Below are positions 35,201 through 50,768 of a DNA stretch of 64,000 nt, in pieces (the first letter of the stretch is position 1; every line of letters starts with the position of its first letter). The DNA comes from Antedon mediterranea (taxonomy: Eukaryota; Animalia; Echinodermata). The notes below the pieces were generated by a model, which had not been told where the DNA came from, did not search any database, and was given only the letters and a program-made list of their open reading frames with translations. Location of the stretch: contig NC_092680.1 in the NCBI RefSeq assembly GCF_964355755.1, positions 10,478,001-10,542,000 on the forward strand. The letters are read 5' to 3'. Made by a program: the position numbers and the translations under genes.

Positions 35201-38200
35201 TCTCTCTCTCACTGATCTATCCCTCTCTCGCTGATCTATCTCTCTCTCGCTGATCTATCTCTCTCTCGTTGATCTATCTCTCTCTCTCCTCGATCTATCT
35301 CTCTCTCGCTGATCTCTCTCCTCTCTCTCTCTCGCTGATCTCTCTCTCTCTCGCTGATCTATCTCTCTCTCGCTGATCTATCTCTCTCTCGCTGATCTAT
35401 CTCTCTCTCGCTGATCTATCTCTCCCTCTCGCTGATCTATCTCTCTCTCGCTGATCTATCTCTCTCGCTGATCTATCTCTCTCTCGCTGATCTATCTCTC
35501 TCTCGCTCATCTATCTCTCTGTCGCTGATCTATCTCTCTCTCACTGATCTATATCTCTCTCACTGATCTCTCTCTCTCTCTCGCTGATCTATCTCTCTTT
35601 CGCTGATATATCTCTCTCTCGCTGATCTATCTCTCTCTCGCTGATCTATCTCTCTCTCTCTCTCTCGCTGATCTATCTCTCTCTCGCTGATCTATCCCTC
35701 TCTCGCTGATCTATCTCTCTCTCGCTGATCTATCTCTCTCTTGCTGATATATCTCTCTCTCGCTGATCTTTCTCTCTCTCGCTGATCTATCTCTCTCTCG
35801 CTGATCTATCGCTCTCTCGCTTGTCTATCTCTCTCTTTCTCGCTGATCTATCTCTCTCTCGCGGATCTATGTCTCTCTCTCTCTGATCTATCTCTCTCTC
35901 GCTGATCTATCCCTCTCACGCTGATCTATATCTCTCTCGCTGATCTATCCCTCTCTCCTCGATCTATCTCTCTCTCGCTGATCTATCACTCTCTCGCTGA
36001 TCTATCTCTCTCTCGCTGATCTATCTGTGTCTTGCTGATCTATCTCTCTCTTGCTGATCTAACTCTCTCTCGCTGATCTATCTCTCTCTCGCTGATCTAT
36101 CTGTGTCTCTCTGATCTATCTCTCTCTCGCTGATATCCATCTCTCTGTCGCTTATCTATCTCTCTCTCGCTTATCTATCTCTCTCTCGCTGATCTATCTC
36201 TCTCTCGCTGATATATCTCTTTCTTGCTGATCTATCTCTCTCTCGCTGATCTATCCCTCTCGCTGATCTATCTCTATCTCGCTGATCTATCTCTATCTCG
36301 CTGATCTATCTCTCTCTCGCTGATCTATCTCTCTCTCACTGATCTATCTCTCTCTCGCTGATCTATCTGTGTCTCGCTGATCTATCTCTCTCTCTCTCTC
36401 GCTGATCTAACTCTCTTTCGCTGATCTATCTCTCTCTCGCTGATCTATCTGTGTCTCGCTGATCTATCTCTCTCTCTCGCTGATCTATCTGTGTCTCGCT
36501 GATCTATCTCCCTCTCGCTGATCTATCTCTCTCTCGCTGATCTATCTCTCTCTCGCTGATCTATCTGTGTCTCGCTGATATATCTCTCTCTCTCGCTGAT
36601 CTATCTCTCTCTCGCTGATCTATCTCTCTCGCTGATCTATCTCTCTCTCGCTCATCTATCTCTCTCTCGCTGATCTATCTCTCTGTCGCTGATCTATCTC
36701 TCTCTCGCTGATCTATATCTCTCTCGCTGATCTATCTCTCTCTCTCGCTGATCTATCTCTCTCGCTGATCTATCTATCTCTCTGTCGCTGATCTATCTCT
36801 CTCTCACTGATCAATCTCTCTGTCGTTGATCTATCTCTCTCTCGCTGATCTGTCTCTCTGTCGCTGATCTATCTCTCTCTCGCTAATCTATCTCTCTGTC
36901 GCTGATCTATCTCTCTCTCGCTTATCTATCTCTTTCTCGCTTATCTATCTCTCTCTCGCTGATCTATCTCTTTCTCGCTGATCTATCTCTCTCTCGCTGA
37001 TATATCTCTCTCTCGCTGATCTATCTCTCTCTCGCTGATCTATCTCTCTCTCGCTGATCTATCTCTATCTCGCTGATCTATCTCTCTCTCGCTGATCTAT
37101 CTCTATCTCGCTGATCTATCTCTCTCTCGCTGATATATCTCTCTCTCTCTGATCTATCTCTCTCTCGCTGATCTATCTCTCTCTCTCGCTGATCTATCTC
37201 TCTCTCGCTGATCTATCTCTCTCTCGCTTATCTATCTCTCTCTCGCTGATCTATCTCTCTCTCGCTGATCTATCGCTCTCTCGCTGATCTATATCTCTCT
37301 CGCTGATCTATCCCTCTCTCGCTGATCTATCTCTCTCTCGTTGATCTATCTCTCTCTCGCTGATCTATCCCTCTCTCGCTGATCTATCTCTCTCTCGCTC
37401 GCTGATCTATCCCTCTCTCGCTGATCTATCGCTCTCTCGCTGATCTATCGCTCTCTCGCTGATCTATCTCTCTCTCGCTGATCTATCTCTCTCTCGCTGA
37501 TCTATCTCTCTCTCGCTGATCTATCCCTCTCTCGCTGATCTATCTCTCTCTCGCTCGCTGATCTATCCCTCTCTCGCTGATCTATCTCTCTCTCTCACTG
37601 ATCTATCCCTCTCTCGCTGATCTATCTCTCTCTCGCTGATCTATCTCTCTCTCGTTGATCTATCTCTCTCTCTCCTCGATCTATCTCTCTCTCGCTGATC
37701 TCTCTCCTCTCTCTCTCTCGCTGATCTCTCTCTCTCTCGCTGATCTATCTCTCTCTCGCTGATCTATCTCTCTCTCGCTGATCTATCTCTCTCTCGCTGA
37801 TCTATCTCTCCCTCTCGCTGATCTATCTCTCTCTCGCTGATCTATCTCTCTCGCTGATCTATCTCTCTCTCGCTGATCTATCTCTCTCTCGCTCATCTAT
37901 CTCTCTGTCGCTGATCTATCTCTCTCTCACTGATCTATATCTCTCTCACTGATCTCTCTCTCTCTCTCGCTGATCTATCTCTCTTTCGCTGATATATCTC
38001 TCTCTCGCTGATCTATCTCTCTCTCGCTGATCTATCTCTCTCTCTCTCTCTCGCTGATCTATCTCTCTCTCGCTGATCTATCCCTCTCTCGCTGATCTAT
38101 CTCTCTCTCGCTGATCTATCTCTCTCTTGCTGATATATCTCTCTCTCGCTGATCTTTCTCTCTCTCGCTGATCTATCTCTCTCTCGCTGATCTATCGCTC

Positions 38201-41200
38201 TCTCGCTTGTCTATCTCTCTCTTTCTCGCTGATCTATCTCTCTCTCGCGGATCTATGTCTCTCTCTCTCTGATCTATCTCTCTCTCGCTGATCTATCCCT
38301 CTCACGCTGATCTATATCTCTCTCGCTGATCTATCCCTCTCTCCTCGATCTATCTCTCTCTCGCTGATCTATCACTCTCTCGCTGATCTATCTCTCTCTC
38401 GCTGATCTATCTGTGTCTTGCTGATCTATCTCTCTCTTGCTGATCTAACTCTCTCTCGCTGATCTATCTCTCTCTCGCTGATCTATCTGTGTCTCTCTGA
38501 TCTATCTCTCTCTCGCTGATATCCATCTCTCTGTCGCTTATCTATCTCTCTCTCGCTTATCTATCTCTCTCTCGCTGATCTATCTCTCTCTCGCTGATAT
38601 ATCTCTTTCTTGCTGATCTATCTCTCTCTCGCTGATCTATCCCTCTCGCTGATCTATCTCTATCTCGCTGATCTATCTCTATCTCGCTGATCTATCTCTC
38701 TCTCGCTGATCTATCTCTCTCTCACTGATCTATCTCTCTCTCGCTGATCTATCTGTGTCTCGCTGATCTATCTCTCTCTCTCTCTCGCTGATCTAACTCT
38801 CTTTCGCTGATCTATCTCTCTCTCGCTGATCTATCTGTGTCTCGCTGATCTATCTCTCTCTCTCGCTGATCTATCTGTGTCTCGCTGATCTATCTCCCTC
38901 TCGCTGATCTATCTCTCTCTCGCTGATCTATCTCTCTCTCTCTGATCTATCTGTGTCTCGCTGATATATCTCTCTCTCTCTCGCTGATCTATCTCTCTCT
39001 CGCTGATCTATCTCTCTCGCTGATCTATCTCTCTCTCGCTCATCTATCTCTCTCTCGCTGATCTATCTCTCTGTCGCTGATCTATCTCTCTCTCGCTGAT
39101 CTATATCTCTCTCGCTGATCTATCTCTCTCTCTCGCTGATCTATCTCTCTCTCGCTGATCTATCTATCTCTCTGTCGCTGATCTATCTCTCTCTCGCTGA
39201 TCAATCTCTCTGTCGTTGATCTATCTCTCTCTCGCTGATCTGTCTCTCTGTCGCTGATCTATCTCTCTCTCGCTAATCTATCTCTCTGTCGCTGATCTAT
39301 CTCTCTCTCGCTTATCTATCTCTTTCTCGCTGATCTATCTCTCTCTCGCTGATCTATCTCTTTCTCGCTGATCTATCTCTCTCTCGCTGATATATCTCTC
39401 TCTCGCTGATCTATCTCTCTCTCGCTGATCTATCTCTCTCTCGCTGATCTATCTCTATCTCGCTGATCTATCTCTCTCTCGCTGATCTATCTCTATCTCG
39501 CTGATCTATCTCTCTCTCGCTGATATATCTCTCTCTCTCTGATCTATCTCTCTCTCGCTGATCTATCTCTCTCTCTCGCTGATCTATCTCTCTCTCGCTG
39601 ATCTATCTCTCTCTCGCTTATCTATCTCTCTCTCGCTGATCTATCTCTCTCTCGCTGATCTATCGCTCTCTCGCTGATCTATATCTCTCTCGCTGATCTA
39701 TCCCTCTCTCGCTGATCTATCTCTCTCTCGTTGATCTATCTCTCTCTCGCTGATCTATCTCTCTCTCGCTGATCTATCCTTCTCTCGCTGATCTATCCCT
39801 CTCTCGCTGATCTATCTCTCTCTCGCTGATCTATCCCTCTCTCGCTGATCTATCCCTCTCTCGCTGATCTATCCCTCTCTCGCTGATCTATCCCTCTCTC
39901 GCTGTTCTATCTCTCTCTCGCTGATATATCGCTCTCTCGCTGATCTATCTCTCTCTCTCACTGATCTATCGCTCTCTCGCTGATCTATCTCTCTCTCGCT
40001 GATCTATCTCTCTCTCGCTGATCTATCTCTCTCTCGCTGATCTATCCCTCTCTCGCTGATCTATCTCCCTCTCGCTCGCTGATCTATCCCTCTCTCGCTG
40101 ATCTATCTCTCTCTCTCACTGATCTATCCCTCTCTCGCTGATCTATCTCTCTCTCGCTGATCTATCTCTCTCTCGTTGATCTATCTCTCTCTCTCCTCGA
40201 TCTATCTCTCTCTCGCTGATCTCTCTCCTCTCTCTCTCTCGCTGATCTCTCTCTCTCTCGCTGATCTATCTCTCTCTCGCTGATCTATCTCTCTCTCGCT
40301 GATCTATCTCTCTCTCGCTGATCTATCTCTCCCTCTCGCTGATCTATCTCTCTCTCGCTGATCTATCTCTCTCGCTGATCTATCTCTCTCTCGCTGATCT
40401 ATCTCTCTCTCGCTCATCTATCTCTCTGTCGCTGATCTATCTCTCTCTCACTGATCTATATCTCTCTCACTGATCTCTCTCTCTCTCGCTGATCTATCTC
40501 TCTTTCGCTGATATATCTCTCTCTCGCTGATCTATCTCTCTCTCGCTGATCTATCTCTCTCTCTCTCTCTCGCTGATCTATCTCTCTCTCGCTGATCTAT
40601 CCCTCTCTCGCTGATCTATCTCTCTCTCGCTGATCTATCTCTCTCTTGCTGATATATCTCTCTCTCGCTGATCTTTCTCTCTCTCGCTGATCTATCTCTC
40701 TCTCGCTGATCTATCGCTCTCTCGCTTGTCTATCTCTCTCTTTCTCGCTGATCTATCTCTCTCTCGCGGATCTATGTCTCTCTCTCTCTGATCTATCTCT
40801 CTCTCGCTGATCTATCCCTCTCTCGCTGATCTATATCTCTCTCGCTGATCTATCCCTCTCTCCTCGATCTATCTCTCTCTCGCTGATCTATCACTCTCTC
40901 GCTGATCTATCTCTCTCTCGCTGATCTATCTGTGTCTCTCTGATCTATCTCTCTCTCGCTGATATCCATCTCTCTGTCGCTTATCTATCTCTCTCTCGCT
41001 TATCTATCTCTCTCTCGCTGATCTATCTCTCTCTCGCTGATATATCTCTTTCTTGCTGATCTATCTCTCTCTCGCTGATCTATCCCTCTCGCTGATCTAT
41101 CTCTATCTCGCTGATCTATCTCTATCACGCTGATCTATCTCTCTCTCGCTGATCTATCTCTCTCTCTCACTGATCTATCTCTCTCTCGCTGATCTATCTG

Positions 41201-42164
41201 TGTCTCGCTGATCTATCTCTCTCTCTCTCTCGCTGATCTAACTCTCTTTCGCTGATCTATCTCTCTCTCGCTGATCTATCTGTGTCTCGCTGATCTATCT
41301 CTCTCTCGCTGATCTATCTGTGTCTCGCTGATCTATCTCCCTCTCGCTGATCTATCTCTCTCTCGCTGATCTATCTCTCTCTCGCTGATCTATCTGTGTC
41401 TCGCTGATATATCTCTCTCTCTCTCGCTGATCTATCTCTCTCTCGCTGATCTATCTCTCTCGCTGATCTATCTCTCTCTCGCTCATCTATCTCTCTCTCG
41501 CTGATCTATCTCTCTGTCGCTGATCTATCTCTCTCTCGCTGATCTATATCTCTCTCGCTGATCTATCTCTCTCTCTCGCTGATCTATCTCTCTCTCGCTG
41601 ATCTATCTATCTCTCTGTCGCTGATCTATCTCTCTCTCGCTGATCAATCTCTCTGTCGTTGATCTATCTCTCTCTCGCTGATCTGTCTCTCTGTCGCTGA
41701 TCTATCTCTCTCTCGCTAATCTATCTCTCTGTCGCTGATCTATCTCTCTCTCGCTTATCTATCTCTTTCTCGCTGATCTATCTCTCTCTCGCTGATCTAT
41801 CTCTTTCTCGCTGATCTATCTCTCTCTCGCTGATATATCTCTCTCTCGCTGATCTATCTCTCTCTCGCTGATCTATCTCTCTCTCGCTGATCTATCTCTA
41901 TCTCGCTGATCTATCTCTCTCTCGCTGATCTATCTCTATCTCGCTGATCTATCTCTCTCTCGCTGATATATCTCTCTCTCTCTGATCTATCTCTCTCTCG
42001 CTGATCTATCTCTCTCTCTCGCTGATCTATCTCTCTCTCGCTGATCTATCTCTCTCTCGCTTATCTATCTCTCTCTCGCTGATCTATCTCTCTCTAGCTG
42101 ATTTATCTCCCTCTCGCTGATCTATCTCTCTCTCGCTGATCTATCCCTCTCTTGCTGATCTATC

Positions 42165-42211
<47 letters not shown>

Positions 42212-45200
42212 TCTATCTCTCTCTCGCTGATCTATCTCTCTCTCGTTGATCTATCTCTCTCTCTCGCTGATCTATCTCTCTCTCGCTGATCTCTCTCTCT
42301 CTCTCTCGCTGATCTATCTCTCTCTCGCTGATCTATCTCTCTCACGCTGATCTATCTCTCTCTCGCTGATCTATCTCTCTCTCTCTCTCTCTCGCTGATC
42401 TATCTCTCTCTCGCTGATCTATCTCTCTTTCTCGCTGATCTATCTCTCTCTCGCTGATCTATCTCTCTCTTGCTGATCTATCCCTCTCTTGCTGATCTAT
42501 CTCTCTCTCGCTGATCTATCCCTCTCTCGCTGATCTATCTCTCTCTCGCTGATCTATCTGTGTCTTGCTGATCTATCTCTCTCTCGCTGATCTATCTGTG
42601 TCTCGCTGATCTATCTCTCTCTCGCTGATCTAACTCTCTCTCGCTGATCTATCTCTCTCTCTGGCTTATCTATCTCTCTCTCTGATCTATCTCTCTCTCG
42701 CTGATATCCATCTCTCTGTCGCTTATCTATCTCTCTCTCGCTTATCTATCTCTATCTCGCTGATCTATCTCTCTCTCGCTGATCTATCTCTCTCTCGCTG
42801 ATATATCTCTCTCTTGCTGATCTATCTCTCTCTCGCTGATCTATCTCTCTCGCTGATCTATCTCTATCTCGCTGATCTATCTCTCTCTCGCTGATCTATC
42901 TCTCTCTCGCTGATCTATCCCTCTCTCGCTGATATATCTCTCTCTCGCTGATCTATCTCTCTCTCGCTGATCTATCTCTCTCTCGCTGATCTATCGCTCT
43001 CTTGCTGATCTATCTCTCTCTCTCGCTGATCTATCTCTCTCTCGCGGATCTATCTCTCTCTCTCTCTGATCTATCTCTCTCTCGCTGATCTATCCCTCTC
43101 TCGCTGATCTATCTCTCTCTCGCTGATCTATCCCTCTCTTGCTGATCTATCTCTCTCTCGCTGATCTATCCCTCTCTCGCTGATCTATCTCTCTCTCGCT
43201 GATCTATCTGTGTCTTGCTGATCTATCTCTCTCTCGCTGATCTATCTGTGTCTCGCTGATCTATCTCTCTCTCGCTGATCTAACTCTCTCTCGCTGATCT
43301 ATCTCTCTCTCTCGCTGATCTATCTGTGTCTCTCTGATCTATCTTTCTCTCGCTGATATCCATCTCTCTGTCGCTTATCTATCTCTCTCTCGCTTATCTA
43401 TCTCTATCTCGCTGATCTATCTCTCTCTCGCTGATCTATCTCTCTCTCGCTGATATATCTCTCTCTTGCTGATCTATCTCTCTCTCGCTGATCTATCTCT
43501 CTCGCTGATCTATCTCTATCTCGCTGATCTATCTCTCTCTCGCTGATCTATCTCTCTCTCGCTGATCTATCCCTCTCTCGCTGATCTATCTCTCTCTCGC
43601 TGATCTATCTGTGTCTTGCTGATCTATCTCTCTCTTGCTGATCTATCTCTCTCTCGCTTATCTATCTCTATCTCGCTGATCTATCTCTCTCTCGCTGATC
43701 TATCTCTCTCTCGCTGATATATCTCTCTCTTGCTGATCTATCTCTCTCTCGCTGATCTATCTCTCTCGCTGATCTATCTCTATCTCGCTGATCTATCTCT
43801 CTCTCGCTGATCTATCTCTATCTCGCTGATCTATCTCTCTCTCGCTGATCTATCTCTCTCTCGCTGATCTATCTCTCTCTCGCTGATCTATCTCTCCCTC
43901 TCACTGATCTATCTCCCTCTCGCTGATCTATCTCTCTCGCTGATCTATCTCTCTCTCGCTGATCTATCTCTCTCTTGCTGATCTATCTCTCTGTCGCTGA
44001 TCTGTCTCTCTCTCTCGCTGATCTATATCTCTCTCGCTGATCTCTCTCTCTCTCTCGCTGATCTATCTTTCTCTCGCTGATCTATCTCTCTCTCGCTGAT
44101 CTATCTCTTTCTCGCTGATCTATCTCTCCCTCTCGCTGATCTATCTCTCTCTCGCTGATCTATCTCTCTCGCTGATCTATCTCTCTCTCGCTCATCTATC
44201 TCTCTCTCGCTGATCTATCTCTCTGTCGCTGATCTATCTCTCTCTCGCTGATCTATATCTCTCTCGCTGATCTCTCTCTCTCGCTGATCTATCTCTCTCT
44301 CGCTGATATATCTCTCTCTCGCTGATCTATCTCTCTCTCGCTGATCTATCTCTCTCTTTCTCTCTCGCTGATCTATCTCTCTCTCGCTGATCTATCTCTC
44401 TCTCTCGCTGATCTATCTCTCTCTCGCTGATCTATCTCTCTCTCGCTGATCTATCTCTCTCTCGCTGATATATCTCTCTCTCGCTGATCTATCTCTCTCT
44501 CGCTGATCTATCTCTCTCTCGCTGATCTATCGCTCTCTCGCTGATCTATCTCTCTCTCTCGCTGATCTATCTCTCTCTCGCGGATCTATCTCTCTCTCTC
44601 TCTGATCTATCTCTCTCTCGCTGATCTATCCCTCTCTCCTCGATCTATCTCTCTCTTGCTGATCTATCCCTCTCTCGCTGATCTATCTCTCTCTCGCTGA
44701 TCTATCTGTGTCTTGCTGATCTATCTCTCTCTTGCTGATCTATCTGTGTCTCGCTGATCTATCTCTCTCTCGCTGATCTAACTCTCTCTCGCTGATCTAT
44801 CTCTCTCTCGCTGATCTATCTGTGTCTCTCTGATCTATCTCTCTCTCGCTGATATCCATCTCTCTGTCGCTTATCTATCTCTCTCTCGCTTATCTATCTC
44901 TATCTCGCTGATCTATCTCTTTCTCGCTGATCTATCTCTCTCTCACTGATCTATCTCTCTCTCTCGCTGATCTATCTGTGTCTCGCTGATCTATCTCTCT
45001 CTCTCGCTGATCTAACTCTCCTTCGCTGATCTATCTCTCTCTCGCTGATCTATCTGTGTCTCGCTGATCTATCTCTCTCTCGCTGATCTATCTGTGTCTC
45101 GCTGATCTATCTCCCTCTCGCTGATCTATCTCTCTCTCGCTGATCTATCTCTCTCTCGCTGATCTATCTGTGTCTCGCTGATATATCTCTCTCTCGCTGA

Positions 45201-48200
45201 TCTATCTCTCTCTCGCTGATCTATCTCTCTCGCTGATCTATCTCTCTCGCTCATCTATCTCTCTCTCGCTGATCTATCTCTCTGTCGCTGATCTATCTCT
45301 CTCTCGCTGATCTATATCTCTCTCGCTGATCTATCTCTCTCTCTGTCACTGATCTATCTCTCTCTCGCTGATCAATCTCTCTGTCGTTGATCTATCTCTC
45401 TCTCGCTGATCTGTCTCTCTGTCGCTGATCTATCTCTCTCTCGCTAATCTATCTCTCTGTCGCTGATCTATCTCTCTCTCGCTTATCTATCTCTTTCTCA
45501 CTGATCTATCTCTCTCTCGCTGATCTATCTCTTTCTCGCTGATCTATCTCTCTATCGCTGATATATCTCTCTCTTGCTGATCTATCTCTCTCTCGCTGAT
45601 CTATCTCTCTCGCTGATCTATCTCTATCTCGCTGATTTATCTCTCTCTCGCTGATCTATCTCTATCTCGCTGATCTATCTCTCTCTCGCTGATCTATCTC
45701 TCTCTCTCTGATCTATCTCTCTCTCGCTGATCTATCTCTCTCTCGCTGATCTATCTCTCTCTCGCTGATCTATCTCTCTCTCGCTGATCTATCTCTCTCT
45801 AGCTGATTTATCTCCCTCTCGCTGATCTATCTCTCTCTCGCTGATCTATCTCTCTCTTGCTGATCTATCTCTCTCTCTCTCTCTTGCTGATCTATCTCTC
45901 TCTCTCGCTGATCTATCTCTCTCTCGTTGATCTATCTCTCTCTCTCGCTGATCTATCTCTCTCTCGCTGATCTCTCTCTCTCTCTCTCGCTGATCTATCT
46001 CTCTCTCGCTGATCTATCTCTCTCACGCTGATCTATCTCTCTCTCGCTGATCTATCTCTCTCTTTCTCTCTCTCGCTGATCTATCTCTCTCTCGCTGATC
46101 TATCTCTCTTTCTCGCTGATCTATCTCTCTCTCGCTGATCTATCTCTCTCTCGCTGATCTATCTCTCTCTCGCTGATATATCTCTCTCTCGCTGATCTAT
46201 CTCTCTCTCGCTGATCTATCTCTCTCTCGCTGAAATATCGCTCTCTCGCTGATCTATCTCTCTCTCTCGCTGATCTATCTCTCTCTCGCGGATCTATCTC
46301 TCTCTCTGATCTATCTCTCTCTCGCTGATCTATCCCTCTCTCACTGATCTATCTCTCTCTCGCTGATCTATCCCTCTCTTGCTGATCTATCTCTCTCTCG
46401 CTGATCTATCCCTCTCTCGCTGATCTATCTCTCTCTCTCGCTGATCTATCTGTGTCTTGCTGATCTATCTCTCTCTCGCTGATCTATCTGTGTCTCGCTG
46501 ATCTATCTCTCTCTCGCTGATCTAACTCTCTCTCGCTGATCTATCTCTCTCTCGCTGATCTATCTGTGTCTCTCTGATCTATCTCTCTCTCGCTGATATC
46601 CATCTCTCTGTCGCTTATCTATCTCTCTCTCGCTTATCTATCTCTATCTCGCTGATCTATCTCTCTCTCGCTGATATATCTCTCTCTTGCTGATCTATCT
46701 CTCTCTCGCTGATCTATCTCTCTCTCTGATCTATCTCTATCTCGCTGATCTATCTCTCTCTCGCTGATCTATCTCTATCTCGCTGATCTATCTCTCTCTC
46801 GCTGATCTATCTCTCTCTCTCTGATCTATCTCTCTCTCGCTGATCTATCTCTCTCTCTCTCGCTGATATATCTCTCTCTCGCTGATCTATCTCTCTCTCG
46901 CTGATCTATCTCTCTCTCGCTGATCTATCTCTCTCTCGCTGATCTATCTCTCCCTCTCACTGATCTATCTCCCTCTCGCTGATCTATCTCTCTCTCGCTG
47001 ATCTATCTCTCTCTTGCTGATCTATCTCTCTCTTGCTGATCTATCTCTCTCTCTCTCGCTGATCTATCTCTCTCGCTGATCTATCTCTCTCTCTCTTGCT
47101 GATCTATCTCTCTCTCTCTCGCTGATCTATCTCTCTCTCGCGGATCTATCTCTCTCTCGCTGATATATCTCTCTCTTGCTGATCTATCTCTCTCTCGCTG
47201 ATCTATCTCTCTCTCGCTGATCTATCTCTATCTCGCTGATCTATCTCTCTCTCGCTGATCTATCTCTATCTCGCTGATCTATCTCTCTCTCGCTGATCTA
47301 TCTCTCTCTCTCTCTGATCTATCTCTCTCTCGCTGATCTATCTCTCTCTCTCTCGCTGATCTATCTCTCTCTCGCTGATCTATCTCTCTCTCGCTGATCT
47401 ATCTCTCTCTAGCTGATTTATCTCCCTCTCGCTGATCTATCTCTCTCTCGCTGATCTATCTCTCTCTTGCTGATCTATCTCTCTCTCTCTCTCTCTCTCT
47501 TTCGCTGATCTATCTCTCTCTCGCTGATCTATCTCTCTCTCGTTGATCTATCTCTCTCTCTCGCTGATCTATCTCTCTCTCGCTGATCTCTCTCTCTCTC
47601 TCTCTCTCGCTGATCTATCTCTCTCTCGCTGATCTATCTCTCTCACGCTGATCTATCTCTCTCTCGCTAATCTATCTCTCTCTCTCTCTCTCTCTCCCTG
47701 ATCTATCTCTCTCTCGCTGATCTATCTCTCTTTCTCGCTGATCTATCTCTCTCTCGCTGATCTATCTCTCTCTCGCTGATCTATCTCTCTCTCGCTGATA
47801 TATCTCTCTCCCGCTGATATATCTCTCTCTCGCTGATCTATCTCTCTCTCGCTGATCTATCTCTCTCTCGCTGATCTATCGCTCTCTCTCGCTGATCTAT
47901 CTCTCTCTCGCGGATCTATCTCTCTCTCTCTGATCTATCTCTCTCTCGCTGATCTATCCCTCTCTCGCTGATCTATCTCTCTCTCGCTGATCTATCCCTT
48001 TCTTGCTGATCTATCTCTCTCTCGCTGATCTATCCCTCTCTCGCTGATCTATCTCTCTGTCTCTCGCTGATCTATCTGTGTCTTGCTGATCTATCTCTCT
48101 CTCGCTGATCTATCTGTGTCTCGCTGATCTATCTCTCTCTCGCTGATCTAACTCTCTCTCGCTGATCTATCTCTCTCTCGCTGATCTATCTGTGTCTCTC

Positions 48201-50723
48201 TAATCTATATCTCTTTCGCTGATATCCATCTCTCTGTCGCTTATCTATCTCTCTCTCGCTTATCTATCTCTATCTCGCTGATCTATCTCTCTCTCTCGCT
48301 GATCTATCTCTCTTTCGCTGATCTATCTCTCTGTCGCTGATCTATCTCTCTCTCGCTGATCTATTTCTCTGTCGTTGATCTATCTCTCTCTCGCTGATCT
48401 GTCTCTCTGTCGCTGATCTATCTCTCTCTCACTAATCTATCTCTCTGTCGCTGATCTATCTCTCTCTCGCTTATCTATCTCTTTCTCGCTGATCTATCTC
48501 TCTCTTGCTGATCTATCTCTCTCTTGCTGATCTATCTCTCTCTCTCGCTGATCTATCTCTCTCTCGCTGATCTATCTCTCTCTCGCTGATCTATCTCTCT
48601 CTCGCTAATCTATCTCTCTCTCGCTGATCTATCTCACCCTCTCACTGATCTATCTCCCTCTCGCTGATCTATCTCTCTCTCGCTGATCTATCTCTCTCTT
48701 GCTGATCTATCTCTCTCTTGCTGATCTATCTCTCTCTCTCGCTGATCTATCTCTCTCTCTCTTGCTGATCTATCTCTCTCTCTCTCTCGCTGATCTATCT
48801 CTTTCTCTCTCGCTGATCTATCTCTCTCTCTCGCTGATCTATATCTCTCTCGCTGATCTATCTCTCTCTCTCTCTCTCTCTCTCTGATCTATCTCTCTCT
48901 CGCTTATCTATCCCTCTCTCGCTGATCTATCTCTCTCTCGCTGATCTATCCCTCTCTCCTCGATCTATCTCTCTCTCGCTGATCTATCCCTCTCTCGCTG
49001 ATCTATCTTTCTCTCGCTGATCTATCTGTGTCTTGCTGATCTATCTCTCTCTCGCTGATCTATCTGTGTCTTGCTGATCTATCTCTCTCTTGCTGATCTA
49101 TCTGTGTCTCGCTGATCTATCTCTCTCTCGCTGATCTAACTCTCTCTCGCTGATCTATCTCTCTCTCTCGCTGATCTATCTGTGTCTCTCTGATCTATCT
49201 CTCTCTCGCTGATATCCATCTCTCTGTCGCTTATCTATCTCTCTCTCGCTTATCTATCTCTCTCTCGCTGATCTATCTCTTTCTCGCTGATCTATCTCTC
49301 TCTCGCTGATATATCTCTTTCTTGCTGATCTATCTCTCTCTCGTTGATCTATCTCTCTCGCTGATCTATCTCTATCTCGCTGATCTATCTCTATCTCGCT
49401 GATCTATCTCTTTCTCGCTGATCTATCTCTCTCTCACTGATCTATCTCTCTCTCTCGCTGATCTATCTGTGTCTCGCTGATCTATCTCTCTCTCTCGCTG
49501 ATCTAACTCTCTTTCGCTGATCTATCTCTCTCTCGCTGATCTATCTGTGTCTCGCTGATCTATCTCTCTCTCGCTGATCTATCTGTGTCTCGCTGATCTA
49601 TCTCCCTCTCGCTGATCTATCTCTCTCTCGCTGATCTATCTCTCTCTCGCTGATCTATCTGTGTCTCGCTGATATATCTCTTTCTCTCTCTCGCTGATCT
49701 ATCTCTCTCTCGCTGATCTATCTCTCTCGCTGATCTATCTCTCTCTCGCTCATCTATCTCTCTCTCGCTGATCTATCTCTCTGTCGCTGATCTATCTCTC
49801 TCTCGCTGATCTATATCTCTCTCGCTGATCTATCTCTCTTTCGCTGACCTATCTCTCTGTCGCTGATCTATCTCTCTCTCGCTGATCTATTTCTCTGTCG
49901 TTGATCTATCTCTCTCTCGCTGATCTGTCTCTCTGTCGCTGATCTATCTCTCTCTCGCAAATCTATCTCTCTGTCGCTGATCTATCTCTCTCTCGCTTTT
50001 CTATCTCTTTCTCGCTGATCTATCTCTCTCTCGCTGATCTATCTCTCTCTCGCTGATCTATCTCTCTATCGCTGATATATCTCTCTCTTGCTGATCTATC
50101 TCTCTCTCGCTGATCTATCTCTCTCTCGCTGATCTATCTCTATCTCGCTGATCTATCTCTCTCTCGCTGATCTATCTCTATCTCGCTGATCTATCTCTCT
50201 CTCGCTGATCTATCTCTCTGTCGTTGATCTATCTCTCTCTCGCTGATCTGTCTCTCTGTCGCTGATCTATCTCTCTCTCGCTAATCTATCTCTCTCTCGC
50301 TGATCTATCTCTCTCTCGCTTATCTATCTCTTTCTCGCTGATCTATCTCTCTCTCGCTGATCTATCTCTTTCTCGCTGATCTATCTCTCTCTCGCTGATA
50401 TATCTCTCTCTCGCTGATCTATCTCTCTCTCGCTGATCTATCTCTCTCTCGCTGATCTATCTCTATCTCGCTGATCTATCTCTCTCTCGCTGATCTATCT
50501 CTATCTCGCTGATCTATCTCTCTCTCGCTGATCTATCTCTCTCTCTCTGATCTATCTCTCTCTCGCTGATCTATCTCTCTCTCTCGCTGATCTATCTCTC
50601 TCTCGCTGATCTATCTCTCTCTCGCTTATCTATCTCTCTCTCGCTGATCTATCTCTCTCTAGCTGATTTATCTCCCTCTCGCTGATCTATCTCTCTCTCG
50701 CTGATCTATCTCTCTCTTGCTGA

Positions 50724-50768
<45 letters not shown>

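Noticed and set aside
48699-48887. 62-aa Leu/Ser-rich ORF
   Set aside because: Chance open frame through satellite monomers with a TTG start; no coding signal.
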